Below, piece by piece: positions 1-7,667 of a stretch of DNA of 37,877 nucleotides. Origin of the DNA: Fidelibacterota bacterium (lineage in GTDB: Bacteria > Fidelibacterota > UBA2242 > JAFGTP01). The translations under genes were made by a program, and so were the position numbers. Position 1 is the first letter of the stretch. Each line of letters opens with the position of its first letter. The stretch covers positions 1 through 37,877 of the forward strand of contig JAIPJV010000001.1 of the NCBI GenBank assembly GCA_021734005.1, written 5' to 3'. The notes under the pieces are model-generated. The model was not told where the DNA came from, did not search any database, and was given only the letters and a program-made list of their open reading frames with translations.

Positions 1-295
1 GCATATTTAGTCAATATTGTAATCGACATTCTTTTGGATATCTGTTGTTGTCTATATTTGTAATCAATTGCTCAGAGAAACATTCAAATATATGATAATT
101 TTAGGCAAATTTTATCCGTCATGAATTAATCAGGTTAAAATAGATGGAATAAAAAGTGATATTATATCCTATAAAAATAAAGTAGATAATATTAAATCTA
201 ATATAAAGTTAGGAACCAATAAAATTATAGAAGAATACTCAGGTATACTAGCACAAAAAATATCTACAGAACAAAATATTCTTAAAGAAACGGAA

Positions 296-952
296 ATGAT
301 GATAAACGAAATTAATAGGGAAATAGAAGATGGTTTTAGAAAATTAATAGAAATAGAATTTAAAACGATTGATGGTAATATTGGAAAAATAATAAAATTA
401 AGCCTATCAAATGAAACTCAATCTATTATCCAGATTGCAAAATATTCTTCCAAAGTTGCCACATTCTTAATACTATGGTTGTTAATACCTGGTTCTAGTG
501 CAGCATTAGAAGCAGGGGAAGCCATTGGAGGAGGAGTCGGTACGTTGTTAACTAACATTTCTTCTAATTCCGATAAAGAGGATGTAAAGGAAGGTGAGAA
601 TAAAGACGGGGCTGAAAAAGCGAAAAAGATCAAAAATGCTATAGCAAATTTTATTGAAAAAAATGACATAGTAGGTAAATTAACAAATAATTTAATTTTA
701 CCATTGGCAATAAAAGGTAAAATTAGAAATTCTCTACAAAATCGAATATCCAATAAAATTGAATATATTTTCAAAATAATTGATAATGACGTTAATGAAT
801 TAATAGAAGAAAGATATTTAACAAGACTTGAAGATATTAACAACTCTTTAGAGAAACTTAGACAACAAAGAGATGAAAAGTCTATAAAAGTAGACCAAAA
901 GGCAAAAGAAATAGATAAAAATTTGGGTGAGTTAAAGAATATATCTCTATGA
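296..952 (+). CDS. hypothetical coiled-coil protein with central Gly/Ala-rich hydrophobic hairpin (first gene of dynamin-like cassette)
   Basis: 218-aa ATG ORF. K/E/I/N-rich heptad-like N- and C-terminal parts flank the hydrophobic stretch VATFLILWLLIPGSSAALEAGEAIGGGVGTLL (nt 455-550). It sits 78 bp upstream of the first GTPase gene on the same strand. No family recognised. The frame stays open upstream to nt 125, so the 5' end is uncertain. Confidence 0.6.
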   Translation: MMINEINREIEDGFRKLIEIEFKTIDGNIGKIIKLSLSNETQSIIQIAKYSSKVATFLILWLLIPGSSAALEAGEAIGGGVGTLLTNISSNSDKEDVKEGENKDGAEKAKKIKNAIANFIEKNDIVGKLTNNLILPLAIKGKIRNSLQNRISNKIEYIFKIIDNDVNELIEERYLTRLEDINNSLEKLRQQRDEKSIKVDQKAKEIDKNLGELKNISL

Positions 953-1030
953 CTTCAGATATACTTAGTGACTTGAAATAAAATTTATAATAGTTCAACC
1001 TGAATCATTTTGCAAATCGAGAAGAAAAGT

Positions 1031-2878
1031 ATGAATAAAAAAGTAAATTCCAATAATATATATGATTTTGATAAAATATTAGAATTATTAACAAAATTTA
1101 AAAACTACAGTAAAAATTATAATTTACCCAAAAGGATTGAATTAAATTTTTTAGATAAATTAATCCGTAGATATAAAAAATTATTAAATGAATATAATCA
1201 GATGAAAAAGAGAGGTATTCCTTTAAGAATAGGTATAGTAGGAGAGTTTAGTGCTGGTAAATCTTCATTAATAAATAGTCTAATAGGAGATGAAATTTTA
1301 GGTACTAATATTAATCCAACTACTTCTATAATTTCAAAATTAAAGTATGGAAAAGAGAAAAAATTTGTTGCTGTAAAAGATAGTAAGAAAAAATATATAA
1401 ACCAGGAAACATACGATAAGCTTTCTAGTCATATTAACAAAAATGGCAGTCAGAATAAAAAAATAGATCATTTCGAAATATTTTATCCTAATAAAAAACT
1501 TAAACAATTTGAAATTTTTGATACACCAGGATATAATTCGATAAAAGATAAAGATAATAACCATTTAAAAAAATTTATTAAAGTAATTGATGTTTTTATT
1601 ATTGTAATCAGTGTAGAAAAAGGAATTACTAATAAAGATATAGAATTCCTAAATAATGGATTTGTCGAGAATAAAAAAGTTATTGCAATAATTAATAAAA
1701 CAGACCTTAAGCCCCCAAGTAGTGTAAATAAAATAATGACTGAGATTGGGGGCCAGTTTAATTTTTATAGACTACAAAACTATTCTGCCAAAAAAATACT
1801 TGAGAACATTGAGAGTCAAAAATTTCAATCCAATATGCAGTATCTTAATCTTACCAATATGCTAAAGGAACTTAAAGAAAATTATGAATCTATAAAAGAA
1901 AATACAATTTTAGAAATAAAATCTGAATTAGATAAAGAGTTAAAAACAAAACTCACCAATCTAAATTCAGAATTATTAAAATTATTAGACAATATTAATA
2001 CCAGAGAAAACGTAAAAAAAGATATTTTAAAAAAGGGAAAACAAAAATTAAAAAGTAAATCAACAAGAATTGCAAGAAATATTAGTCGGAATTTATATTC
2101 AAAAATTAAGCATGCTTTTGAAAAATACATTATAATAAAAAAAACTGGAATTTTCCGAAATAAATGTAAAATTGAATTTAAGCACAATAGAGATCGGGTC
2201 AACGAAAAGAAAGAAATAAAAGATATAATTTTAAACATAATTAGTAATTATTATCCAAAGGGGAATAACCCCACTTATAAAATATTTCAAGAATTTATAA
2301 ATGAGTATAATATAGATATAAATTCCAAATTTCAGAGGTCACTTTATACTCCACTTCTTAAAATTTTCGAAACGAAAAATAGGCAATGCATAATTAAAAA
2401 AATTAAATGTATCATTTCTATTCCGGGCAATATGAATCATTCAGAAATATATATGAACTCCACGATCTATTACTGTGGTGTTCACGATTCACTTGATGTA
2501 GAAGAGATTATCAATCAAATTAATTATTCATTCAATATACCTTTAAATGAACAAAAAGTGAAAAACATGAAAAAAGTTAAAGATATAGTTAATTATTTGG
2601 ATAAAGAAAAACAAGTTTCAGGACGCTTCTTCACTAGTAAAAAAATTGAAAGTGGTTATGTTGTGTTACCAGATAAAGTATCAAGTAAGAAGGTGGCAGA
2701 AAGATTTATTAAATTACATATTAATCATATTTTACCAAGAAAAAAAATCCAACAATATATAAAAAAACACTATAACGTTCTATTTGATGAAATTAAGAAG
2801 TGTATTGAAATGGATTTTAAATATAAGAAAAGGGCAATTAAGAAGATAATAAATATCACTAAACAATTTGAGAATTAA
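1031..2878 (+). CDS. dynamin-like large GTPase (bacterial dynamin-like protein, paralogue 1)
   Basis: Ordered GTPase motifs: G1 GEFSAGKS (nt 1241-1264), G3 DTPG (1520-1531), G4 NKTD (1694-1705). About 390 aa of K/E/N/I-rich helical tail follows. The ORF track starts at TTG 1010; ATG 1031 (MNKKVNS...) follows a purine-rich gagaagaaaag stretch and is preferred. Confidence 0.85.
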   Translation: MNKKVNSNNIYDFDKILELLTKFKNYSKNYNLPKRIELNFLDKLIRRYKKLLNEYNQMKKRGIPLRIGIVGEFSAGKSSLINSLIGDEILGTNINPTTSIISKLKYGKEKKFVAVKDSKKKYINQETYDKLSSHINKNGSQNKKIDHFEIFYPNKKLKQFEIFDTPGYNSIKDKDNNHLKKFIKVIDVFIIVISVEKGITNKDIEFLNNGFVENKKVIAIINKTDLKPPSSVNKIMTEIGGQFNFYRLQNYSAKKILENIESQKFQSNMQYLNLTNMLKELKENYESIKENTILEIKSELDKELKTKLTNLNSELLKLLDNINTRENVKKDILKKGKQKLKSKSTRIARNISRNLYSKIKHAFEKYIIIKKTGIFRNKCKIEFKHNRDRVNEKKEIKDIILNIISNYYPKGNNPTYKIFQEFINEYNIDINSKFQRSLYTPLLKIFETKNRQCIIKKIKCIISIPGNMNHSEIYMNSTIYYCGVHDSLDVEEIINQINYSFNIPLNEQKVKNMKKVKDIVNYLDKEKQVSGRFFTSKKIESGYVVLPDKVSSKKVAERFIKLHINHILPRKKIQQYIKKHYNVLFDEIKKCIEMDFKYKKRAIKKIINITKQFEN

Positions 2879-2906
2879 TTATAATCCATAAAAAAATGGG
2901 GAGATT

Positions 2907-4886
2907 ATGAATCGCCAAAATTTAGCGGAACAATATAAAGAAAAGAAAGAACGTTTATTATCTTTGATGGATAAGATGATTAAATTGGATTCTATAGACA
3001 AAGCTGAATCCGATGGAATAATAGATAAAAATCAAATAGATGATATAATAAATGATATAAAACAAGAGAAATTTATAATTAGCATATGTGGGCAGATAAA
3101 ATCAGGTAAATCAACACTATTAAATAATATCATTTTTGAAGGGAGAAAAATATTACCAGTCGATGATACAGTCTGCACTGCATCCTTAACTAGAATTAAA
3201 TATAATAATCGGCCTTATGCTAAAATATATTTCTACAATAGTGAAGAATGGAATAATTTAAAAAACATACAACTCGACGGTAATAAGAATTATTTCAATG
3301 AACATTTTAGGAAAAAATTAAATACTCTTGCAATGAAGGAAGGCATTCAAGCTAAAGAAATAATTAAAGATGAAAGAAAGACAAAAGAAATCAAAATAGA
3401 TGATTTAAAAAATTATATTTCTAAAGAGGGTGATTATACGCTTTTTGTAAAATATGTGGATATTTTTATAAATAATAAAACAATTGAAGATGTTCAAATT
3501 GTGGACACTCCAGGTTTAAATGACTATAATATAATTAGGTCACAAAAAACTCATGACTGGATAAAACGTTCTACAGCGGTAATCATGTTATTCTATGCTG
3601 GTCAACCAATAAGTCAAAATGACTTTAATTTTATTGATAAATATCTGTCCTACATTGATTCTGATAAAATTATATTTGTTTTGAATAAAATAGATACGAT
3701 AGATGACTATGAATCTGTCAAAAACTATATTGAAGTTAACATAAAAAAAAGTGAAGAATTGAGAGATAGAGGTTTGCTTGGTAACGATAGAGAGGTATAT
3801 CCAATTAGCTCCATGGCAGCGAATCTATCTTTGAAAAGTAATCAGAATATTCCTTTTGATAATAATGACAAATTTTACCTTTCTAAAATTGATAATAGTT
3901 TAATAAATAATGACGGAAGAATACATCAACTTATTGTCGCAATTAATAAATATATTATGAATAATAAGGGACAGGCCATACTTGAAAAAGGAGCCCAATA
4001 TATAATAACAACTTACGAGAAACTAATAAAATATAAGAAAAAAATAAGATTACGTCTAGAAGAAGAAAAAAAAGATAAATACAAAGATATTGAGCAGATA
4101 GATAAAAAATTAAACAATATAAACGCTACTATGAAAAATATTAAGAATATAGACAATAATTTCAATGATAAAATTAATAAAGAAACAAGGAAAATAAAGA
4201 ATGGCTTTAGTGAAATTCTTCAACATTGGATCGATGAAGTTAACAAAGATATTAAAAGGTGGATAAAAGATCAAGATATAGAGGAAGCAATTAAGCTTGC
4301 ACTTCGTGAATTAAAAAAGCAAGTTAAAAGGAAAATAACCTATAATATTGAAAATTTTAATACTCGAGAAATTGAAGGGCGAATAGAAGATTTAGTCAAA
4401 GAATATCAAGGAAAGCTGAAAAATGAATCCTATAATAGTTTAAGTGCAAAATATATTAAATGTCTATTACCAGAAGTAAGTATAAACAAACTGATTGAGC
4501 CTATTAAAAATATAGATACTGGCCTTAATAATTATAGAAGCAGATTGTGGGGATTCCTATGGACACAAAAGAAAAAAACAAAAGTCAATATAAAGGAGAA
4601 AGTTGACGATGAATTAGATAAGATTCAACAGCGTATCGAGAACCAGTTAAATTTATATATAAATAATCATCTAATAAATAATTTGAAAGGACTCTCTAAG
4701 GAGTTGAATGATGAACTATCATCTTATAAAAAGATCCTAGAAGAATTTCGTAATAAAAAGAAAAAATCAGTAAATATAGTTGATGACTACCAAGCCAAAA
4801 TCAAAGAAGCAGACAATAATATTAAGTATTTAAAGAAAAAATATAACAAGGCTAAAAAAGAATTATCTGAACTAAATCTTAATTAG
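2907..4886 (+). CDS. dynamin-like large GTPase (bacterial dynamin-like protein, paralogue 2)
   Basis: G1 GQIKSGKS (nt 3090-3113), G3 DTPG (3504-3515), G4 NKID (3684-3695), then a long coiled-coil-like C-terminal half. RBS-like ggggaga lies just upstream. The gap to the previous gene is 28 bp. Confidence 0.85.
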   Translation: MNRQNLAEQYKEKKERLLSLMDKMIKLDSIDKAESDGIIDKNQIDDIINDIKQEKFIISICGQIKSGKSTLLNNIIFEGRKILPVDDTVCTASLTRIKYNNRPYAKIYFYNSEEWNNLKNIQLDGNKNYFNEHFRKKLNTLAMKEGIQAKEIIKDERKTKEIKIDDLKNYISKEGDYTLFVKYVDIFINNKTIEDVQIVDTPGLNDYNIIRSQKTHDWIKRSTAVIMLFYAGQPISQNDFNFIDKYLSYIDSDKIIFVLNKIDTIDDYESVKNYIEVNIKKSEELRDRGLLGNDREVYPISSMAANLSLKSNQNIPFDNNDKFYLSKIDNSLINNDGRIHQLIVAINKYIMNNKGQAILEKGAQYIITTYEKLIKYKKKIRLRLEEEKKDKYKDIEQIDKKLNNINATMKNIKNIDNNFNDKINKETRKIKNGFSEILQHWIDEVNKDIKRWIKDQDIEEAIKLALRELKKQVKRKITYNIENFNTREIEGRIEDLVKEYQGKLKNESYNSLSAKYIKCLLPEVSINKLIEPIKNIDTGLNNYRSRLWGFLWTQKKKTKVNIKEKVDDELDKIQQRIENQLNLYINNHLINNLKGLSKELNDELSSYKKILEEFRNKKKKSVNIVDDYQAKIKEADNNIKYLKKKYNKAKKELSELNLN

Positions 4887-4896
4887 AGGATTTAAT

Positions 4897-5475
4897 ATGA
4901 AGGGACTATTGAAAACAATAATTATATTCATAATTTTTTTAATTATCTCATCTGTGATAGCATTTATTTTTTTTGATAAATTTCGGAACTGGATTTTAGG
5001 CAAGCTTTCTATATTTACAATAAAAAAAGATGACCACGATAATCGTTTGTCTGAAAAAAGTATATACGAAAAGATAAATAGACATTTTAGCGAATTTAAA
5101 AATGACATAAAAAAATACAATCTCTATCAATATTATAGTGAAATATTTAATCTTGATAAATATCGAAAAAAAAATTATCATAGAAAGATAAAAAGAATAA
5201 CTTCTATAAAAGATTTAAATATTGGGTATAATGATAGCAATTCACTAAAAAAAGCACTAAATAAGAAGCTAAAGGCAATCTTCGCTGACAGTAAAAAAAT
5301 GGAATGGTCAGATGCCATCATATTTTTATATAACTGGTTTGAAATTGAGGGGGAAATTGAGGCACTAAACAATATTAAGAAAGATCTCGCAGATGAACAA
5401 AAAGACGACTACAAAGAAAACATAGAAGATCTAAAAAATAGAAAAGAGAATCTTTTAAAGAAACTATCAAACTAA
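4897..5475 (+). CDS. small membrane-anchored coiled-coil protein (last gene of dynamin-like cassette)
   Basis: 192-aa ORF starting 10 bp after the second GTPase gene, with agagga RBS-like sequence upstream. N-terminal transmembrane segment LLKTIIIFIIFLIISSVIAFIFF (nt 4906-4974). The remainder is charged, K/E/N-rich and helical-looking. No family recognised. Confidence 0.65.
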   Translation: MKGLLKTIIIFIIFLIISSVIAFIFFDKFRNWILGKLSIFTIKKDDHDNRLSEKSIYEKINRHFSEFKNDIKKYNLYQYYSEIFNLDKYRKKNYHRKIKRITSIKDLNIGYNDSNSLKKALNKKLKAIFADSKKMEWSDAIIFLYNWFEIEGEIEALNNIKKDLADEQKDDYKENIEDLKNRKENLLKKLSN

Positions 5476-5562
5476 TATCTATTGGACTTTTTCTTTAGCG
5501 AATATCATTATAAAAAAACCCAAAACTAGCACATACAAATATTACCTTATTTACATACTGTC

Positions 5563-5600
5563 TTTTGCAAATTAGAAACCTGGCAGATTGCAAGATAAAA
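5563..5600. repeat. left copy of a 38-bp inverted repeat (partner at 7536-7573)
   Basis: ttttgcaaattagaaacctggcagattgcaagataaaa matches the reverse complement of 7536-7573 at 30 of 38 positions by hand alignment. Two conserved blocks (16 and 12 nt) are separated by 6 variable nt. Confidence 0.7.
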
Positions 5601-5834
5601 ATAGAGCTCCTTACCCAGAAAATATAAGATTCGATATTTTGCATAAATCCTTTTCATAATTCACCTTTTGAAAACCACCTGAAATTTGTTACTATACGTT
5701 GCGCCTAAATTTAAGGTAATTGAGATTATGATGACGAAATTTCAATAATATTGCTTGTTAATTGATTCCAACGTCATATCTACATCTTGTCGGAGAAACC
5801 TATGTAGTTAGAAATATAAATAAGGAATCAGAAA

Positions 5835-6248
5835 ATGCGGAAGGGTATCATAAAAATATTAATAATAACTATTCGTTTCTTTTCCATTAGAAATGCTTCT
5901 GACATGTATTTAACACCTCATTATGGACGAATCTTTAGTTATGATAGAGAATTAAATGATTATTTTACAAAAAATAATTTAAATATATTCGGAGTATCAG
6001 CAGATTTTATATCTAATAAAAACAATATAGGATTATTTGTAGATTTTAGTAGTTTTTCATTCGAAGTAAAAGAAAATATAAATAGATCTAATTTAACAAG
6101 CAATATCGATGGAAAATGGTTTACCTTAGGATTAACCAATCATTTAAATTTTTTTCAACTGCCAATAGAAGTAGTTACAAAAATTGGTCCTACCTTACAT
6201 ATCAATTCCTATACAGAGAAACTAAATTATGATTCATATTTAGCCTAG
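5835..6248 (+). CDS. hypothetical protein, possibly a truncated outer-membrane beta-barrel fragment
   Basis: 137-aa ORF with aagga RBS-like sequence about 9 nt upstream and a signal-like N-terminus. It shows an alternating hydrophobic pattern (GLFVDFSSFSFEV, KWFTLGLTNHL) but lacks the terminal aromatic residue typical of complete barrels. It lies in an otherwise gene-poor AT-rich stretch. Confidence 0.3.
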   Translation: MRKGIIKILIITIRFFSIRNASDMYLTPHYGRIFSYDRELNDYFTKNNLNIFGVSADFISNKNNIGLFVDFSSFSFEVKENINRSNLTSNIDGKWFTLGLTNHLNFFQLPIEVVTKIGPTLHINSYTEKLNYDSYLA

Positions 6249-6383
6249 AAAATTCATTAACATTTCTCATAGAGACCTCCAGGTGGCATTTTCTACCCTC
6301 CGGGCCGAATAATTCCTTCGGAATTTTCCCCGCCTCAGAGAGATCCCTCATGGGAAAAGTGATCGGGATGAATAAATCACGGG

Positions 6384-6506
6384 ATTAACCTTAAAATTAT
6401 GCATAACCTCAAAAAACTCAGTTTTTTCAAAACAGGAGTGCTAAAACTATCATTAATAAAATATTAACCACTATCTTTTGGAGGGTTATGCATAATTTAG
6501 GTTAAT
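6384..6506. repeat. 123-bp long-stem hairpin or MITE-like element with about 26-bp terminal inverted repeats
   Basis: The left arm attaaccttaaaattatgcataacctc (6384-6410) pairs with the right arm gagggttatgcataatttaggttaat (6481-6506): 25 bp with one 2-nt and one 1-nt bulge. Each arm contains the 10-bp palindrome ttatgcataa. The 70-nt loop holds a small aaaaaac/gtttttt hairpin. Confidence 0.7.
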
Positions 6507-6655
6507 ATCAGCTTGAATAAATTAAATAAATTTCGTAATAGAACATATATAGATTTGTATTTTTCACCAATTAATCTAGAGGACTAAACTCAATAAGGTC
6601 AGAGGTTAAGGGGTAATAAGTATGAGAATAATAATAGCATTAGGGGAGGTCTAAC

Positions 6656-6850
6656 ATGGATTTTAAAAAATTATCTATAGGCTTTATTACTATTTTTTTT
6701 ATAACATTAATTGTAAGTAGTGTGGTTACTTATCTGTGGAGTTTATTTTTTCATAATGTTGCAACCATAGATTGGGAAACATCATTCCGTTTTGCAATTA
6801 TTTTTGGTGTTGTTTTTTCAATAATTGATAATAAAGATAAAAAAATTTAG
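6656..6850 (+). CDS. small two-pass membrane protein, hypothetical
   Basis: 64-aa ORF preceded by a strong RBS (aggggaggt, about 7 nt upstream of the ATG). Two hydrophobic segments (IGFITIFFITLIVSSVVTYLWSLFF and FAIIFGVVFSII). A strong terminator lies about 120 nt downstream. Confidence 0.45.
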   Translation: MDFKKLSIGFITIFFITLIVSSVVTYLWSLFFHNVATIDWETSFRFAIIFGVVFSIIDNKDKKI

Positions 6851-6970
6851 CAAGTCCTGAGTGACTAAATTGAATAGAACATTTTTCACCATTATTTTAT
6901 GTCGAAAAATATTGGCCAGGCATAGTAAAAAATCTCCATCCAAAAAATTTTCATAACTCCAATAATAATC

Positions 6971-7005
6971 AAGGCAGGGTTTAGTAACCCTGCCTTTTGT
7001 ATTTT
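6971..7005 (+). terminator. intrinsic (Rho-independent) terminator
   Basis: Perfect 11-bp stem aaggcagggtt / aaccctgcctt (6971-6981 and 6986-6996) with the 4-nt loop tagt, followed by ttgtatttt. Confidence 0.65.
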
Positions 7006-7535
7006 AAGGGGTGGGGATTTTGAAATGATTGATAGGTGTTACCTGAAGTTTAAATTGAAACAGTAAATTTAATCTACATTTTTATAAATAACTTGATATG
7101 AAGAAATATTATAAATTTTGTTAATAACAGTATATTCAATTTCATTGGCCATGAAATCAGGTTGACCAGGTATGCAAAGCCTGATTCCATAGTCAGATTA
7201 CCAAATCCCAAAGGTTAATTTAGATTAGTGATTTAATCTCAGGAAATTATTACTGCCTTAGAGAATCTTACCATCTAATGATTTGCTTTTTTATTTGATA
7301 GATTCACGAGGCGTCTTACTGTTTTAACATATGTGTGCTGGAATACTAGAATATGATCAAATATAACAAGCCATCCGTATAAAATACGAGGACAAGAATT
7401 TGATTAACGAAAATTATAATTACCAGTTGACAACAATTAGAATTCTCTTATCCTCCATGTTTATTTATATGGAGGCAATTTAGTTTATATATAGAAATTT
7501 ATCCTGCAAATTCAGATATCTTCTATGCAAAGGTC

Positions 7536-7573
7536 TCTAATCTTGCAATCTACTGTATTTCTAATTTGGAAAA
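7536..7573. repeat. right copy of the 38-bp inverted repeat (partner at 5563-5600)
   Basis: tctaatcttgcaatctactgtatttctaatttggaaaa. Its reverse complement ttttccaaattagaaatacagtagattgcaagattaga aligns with 5563-5600 (30/38 by hand). Confidence 0.7.
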
Positions 7574-7615
7574 ACACTGATACTAATGGTAAAACTAAAA
7601 AAAATAAAAAAGCTC

Positions 7616-7667
7616 TTGACAAAACTATATAAAAAATGTATGTTTGATTAACGAAAACGATTGTGCA
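7616..7667 (+). promoter_or_regulatory. candidate sigma70-type promoter plus LacI-type operator (upstream duplicate, P1)
   Basis: TTGACA (7616-7621), 17-nt spacer, TATGTT (7639-7644), 8 nt, then GAAAACGATTGTGCA (7653-7667). The layout and spacing match P2 at 7973-8024 exactly. No ORF of 60 aa or more follows before P2. Confidence 0.4.

Noticed and set aside
1-63. A frame-1 open stretch ending at TAA 61-63 (AYLVNIVIDILLDICCCLYL*), possibly the 3' end of an upstream gene.
   Set aside because: Only 20 codons are visible, with no motif and no way to tell coding from chance. Not reported as a feature.
122-124. Possibility that TGA is a sense codon in this organism (alternative genetic code), which would explain the in-frame TGA upstream of ORF1.
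   Set aside because: Several well-supported genes in the window terminate at TGA exactly where family length predicts (for example the sugar-binding protein at 10516-10518, the permease at 11430-11432 and rbsK at 29951-29953). Global recoding is therefore unlikely.
418-5372. Minus-strand ORFs nested in the dynamin-like cassette (418-843, 1340-1564, 1882-2238, 4872-5120, 4996-5181, 5178-5372).
   Set aside because: All lie antisense within stronger + strand genes. Their translations are low-complexity F/I/L/S-rich strings, as expected from the complement of K/N/E-rich AT-rich coding DNA. None has an RBS.
5581-5592. A sigma-54-like TGGCAG...TTGCA sequence inside the left inverted repeat.
   Set aside because: The GG and GC elements are only about 8 nt apart instead of the canonical 10-11 nt (TGGCAC-N5-TTGC). 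The partner repeat lacks the TGGCA block.
6202-6351. A 49-aa minus-strand ORF (MRDLSEAGKIPKELFGPEGRKCH...) starting in the GC-rich patch.
   Set aside because: It is short, lacks a convincing RBS, and overlaps the 3' end of the 5835-6248 ORF. It is kept only as a note under the GC-rich patch finding.
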